Positions 63,425 to 64,000 of a stretch of 64,000 nucleotides of DNA are shown here, in pieces. The notes beneath the pieces were generated by a model. That model did not search any database and had not been told where the DNA came from. It saw only the letters and a program-made list of their open reading frames with translations. Source of the stretch: Octopus vulgaris (lineage: Eukaryota); NCBI GenBank assembly GCA_951406725.2, contig OX597839.1:3224001-3288000 (forward strand), given 5' to 3'. Both the position numbers and the translations under genes were made by a program. Every line of letters begins with the position of its first letter. Positions within the stretch are counted from its first letter, which is position 1.

Positions 63425-63628
63425 TGTTCTGTTTATGCAAAAGAGAGAAATTAGCAACAACAACCCTCCCTAACATAAGCACATGGCCTGGAATTTAGGG
63501 ACTTGTTTTATTTATACTAGAAAGGCATGAAAGGCAAAAATCAGTCCTGGAAAAATCCATATCATGAAAAAAAAAAAAAAGATTAAAAAACAGTTATTCA
63601 AAATTCATTTCAGAACTTGATTTTTATC

Positions 63629-63860
63629 TGTTTCTTTATTGCCCACAAGAGGCTAAACACAGAGGGGACAAACAAGGACAGACAAATGTATTAAGTCGAT
63701 TACATCGACTCCAGTGCGTAACTGGTACTTAATTTATCGACCTCGAAAGGATGAAAGGCAAAGTCGACCTCGGCGGAATTTCAACTCAGAACGTAAAGCA
63801 GACGACATACGGCTACGCATTTCGCCCGGCGTACTAACGTTTCTGCCAGCTCGCCGCCTT
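63629..63860 (-). mobile_element. SINE family A monomer
   Basis: Full copy. Confidence 0.88.
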
Positions 63861-64000
63861 AATCTTGATTTTTTATCATTTTTGTTTAAATAAAATGAAT
63901 TTAGAATAATTAACATTTTGTATAATTGCCCTTTTCAATAATTTTCATTCATACAGTTTTCCATCCGAACAATCATTTCCAAACAATATTCACATAATTT

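Overview
Eukaryotic, AT-rich, microsatellite-saturated genomic DNA; the repeat families and their density suggest an octopus/coleoid genome (inference). Two protein-coding genes converge. (1) A single-coding-exon rhodopsin-family neuropeptide GPCR of the myosuppressin-receptor/DMSR type on the + strand (32111-33163). (2) A cationic amino acid transporter (SLC7A/CAT family) on the - strand, rebuilt by hand from 14 phase-consistent GT-AG coding exons (63424->44657, 620 aa). The rest is repeats: at least four SINE-like families, decayed mariner and DD37D-like transposons, Helitron, piggyBac, Tc1 and Harbinger-like MITEs, LINE fragments, minisatellites and long inverted repeats. The two most interesting signals follow. 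(a) A dense set of Penelope-type type-I hammerhead ribozyme motifs, about 11 in 64 kb, with intact stems but several different cores (CUGAUGA, UUGANAA, CCGACGA, CUGUYGA); two pairs are arranged as inverted hairpins. (b) A SINE whose 3' junctions cluster at G(G/A)TA, a site it carries internally, giving head-to-tail multimers. Almost all long ORFs in the supplied track are simple-repeat artefacts. No database searches or folding programs were run; family names come from recognised motifs, and repeat boundaries are approximate.
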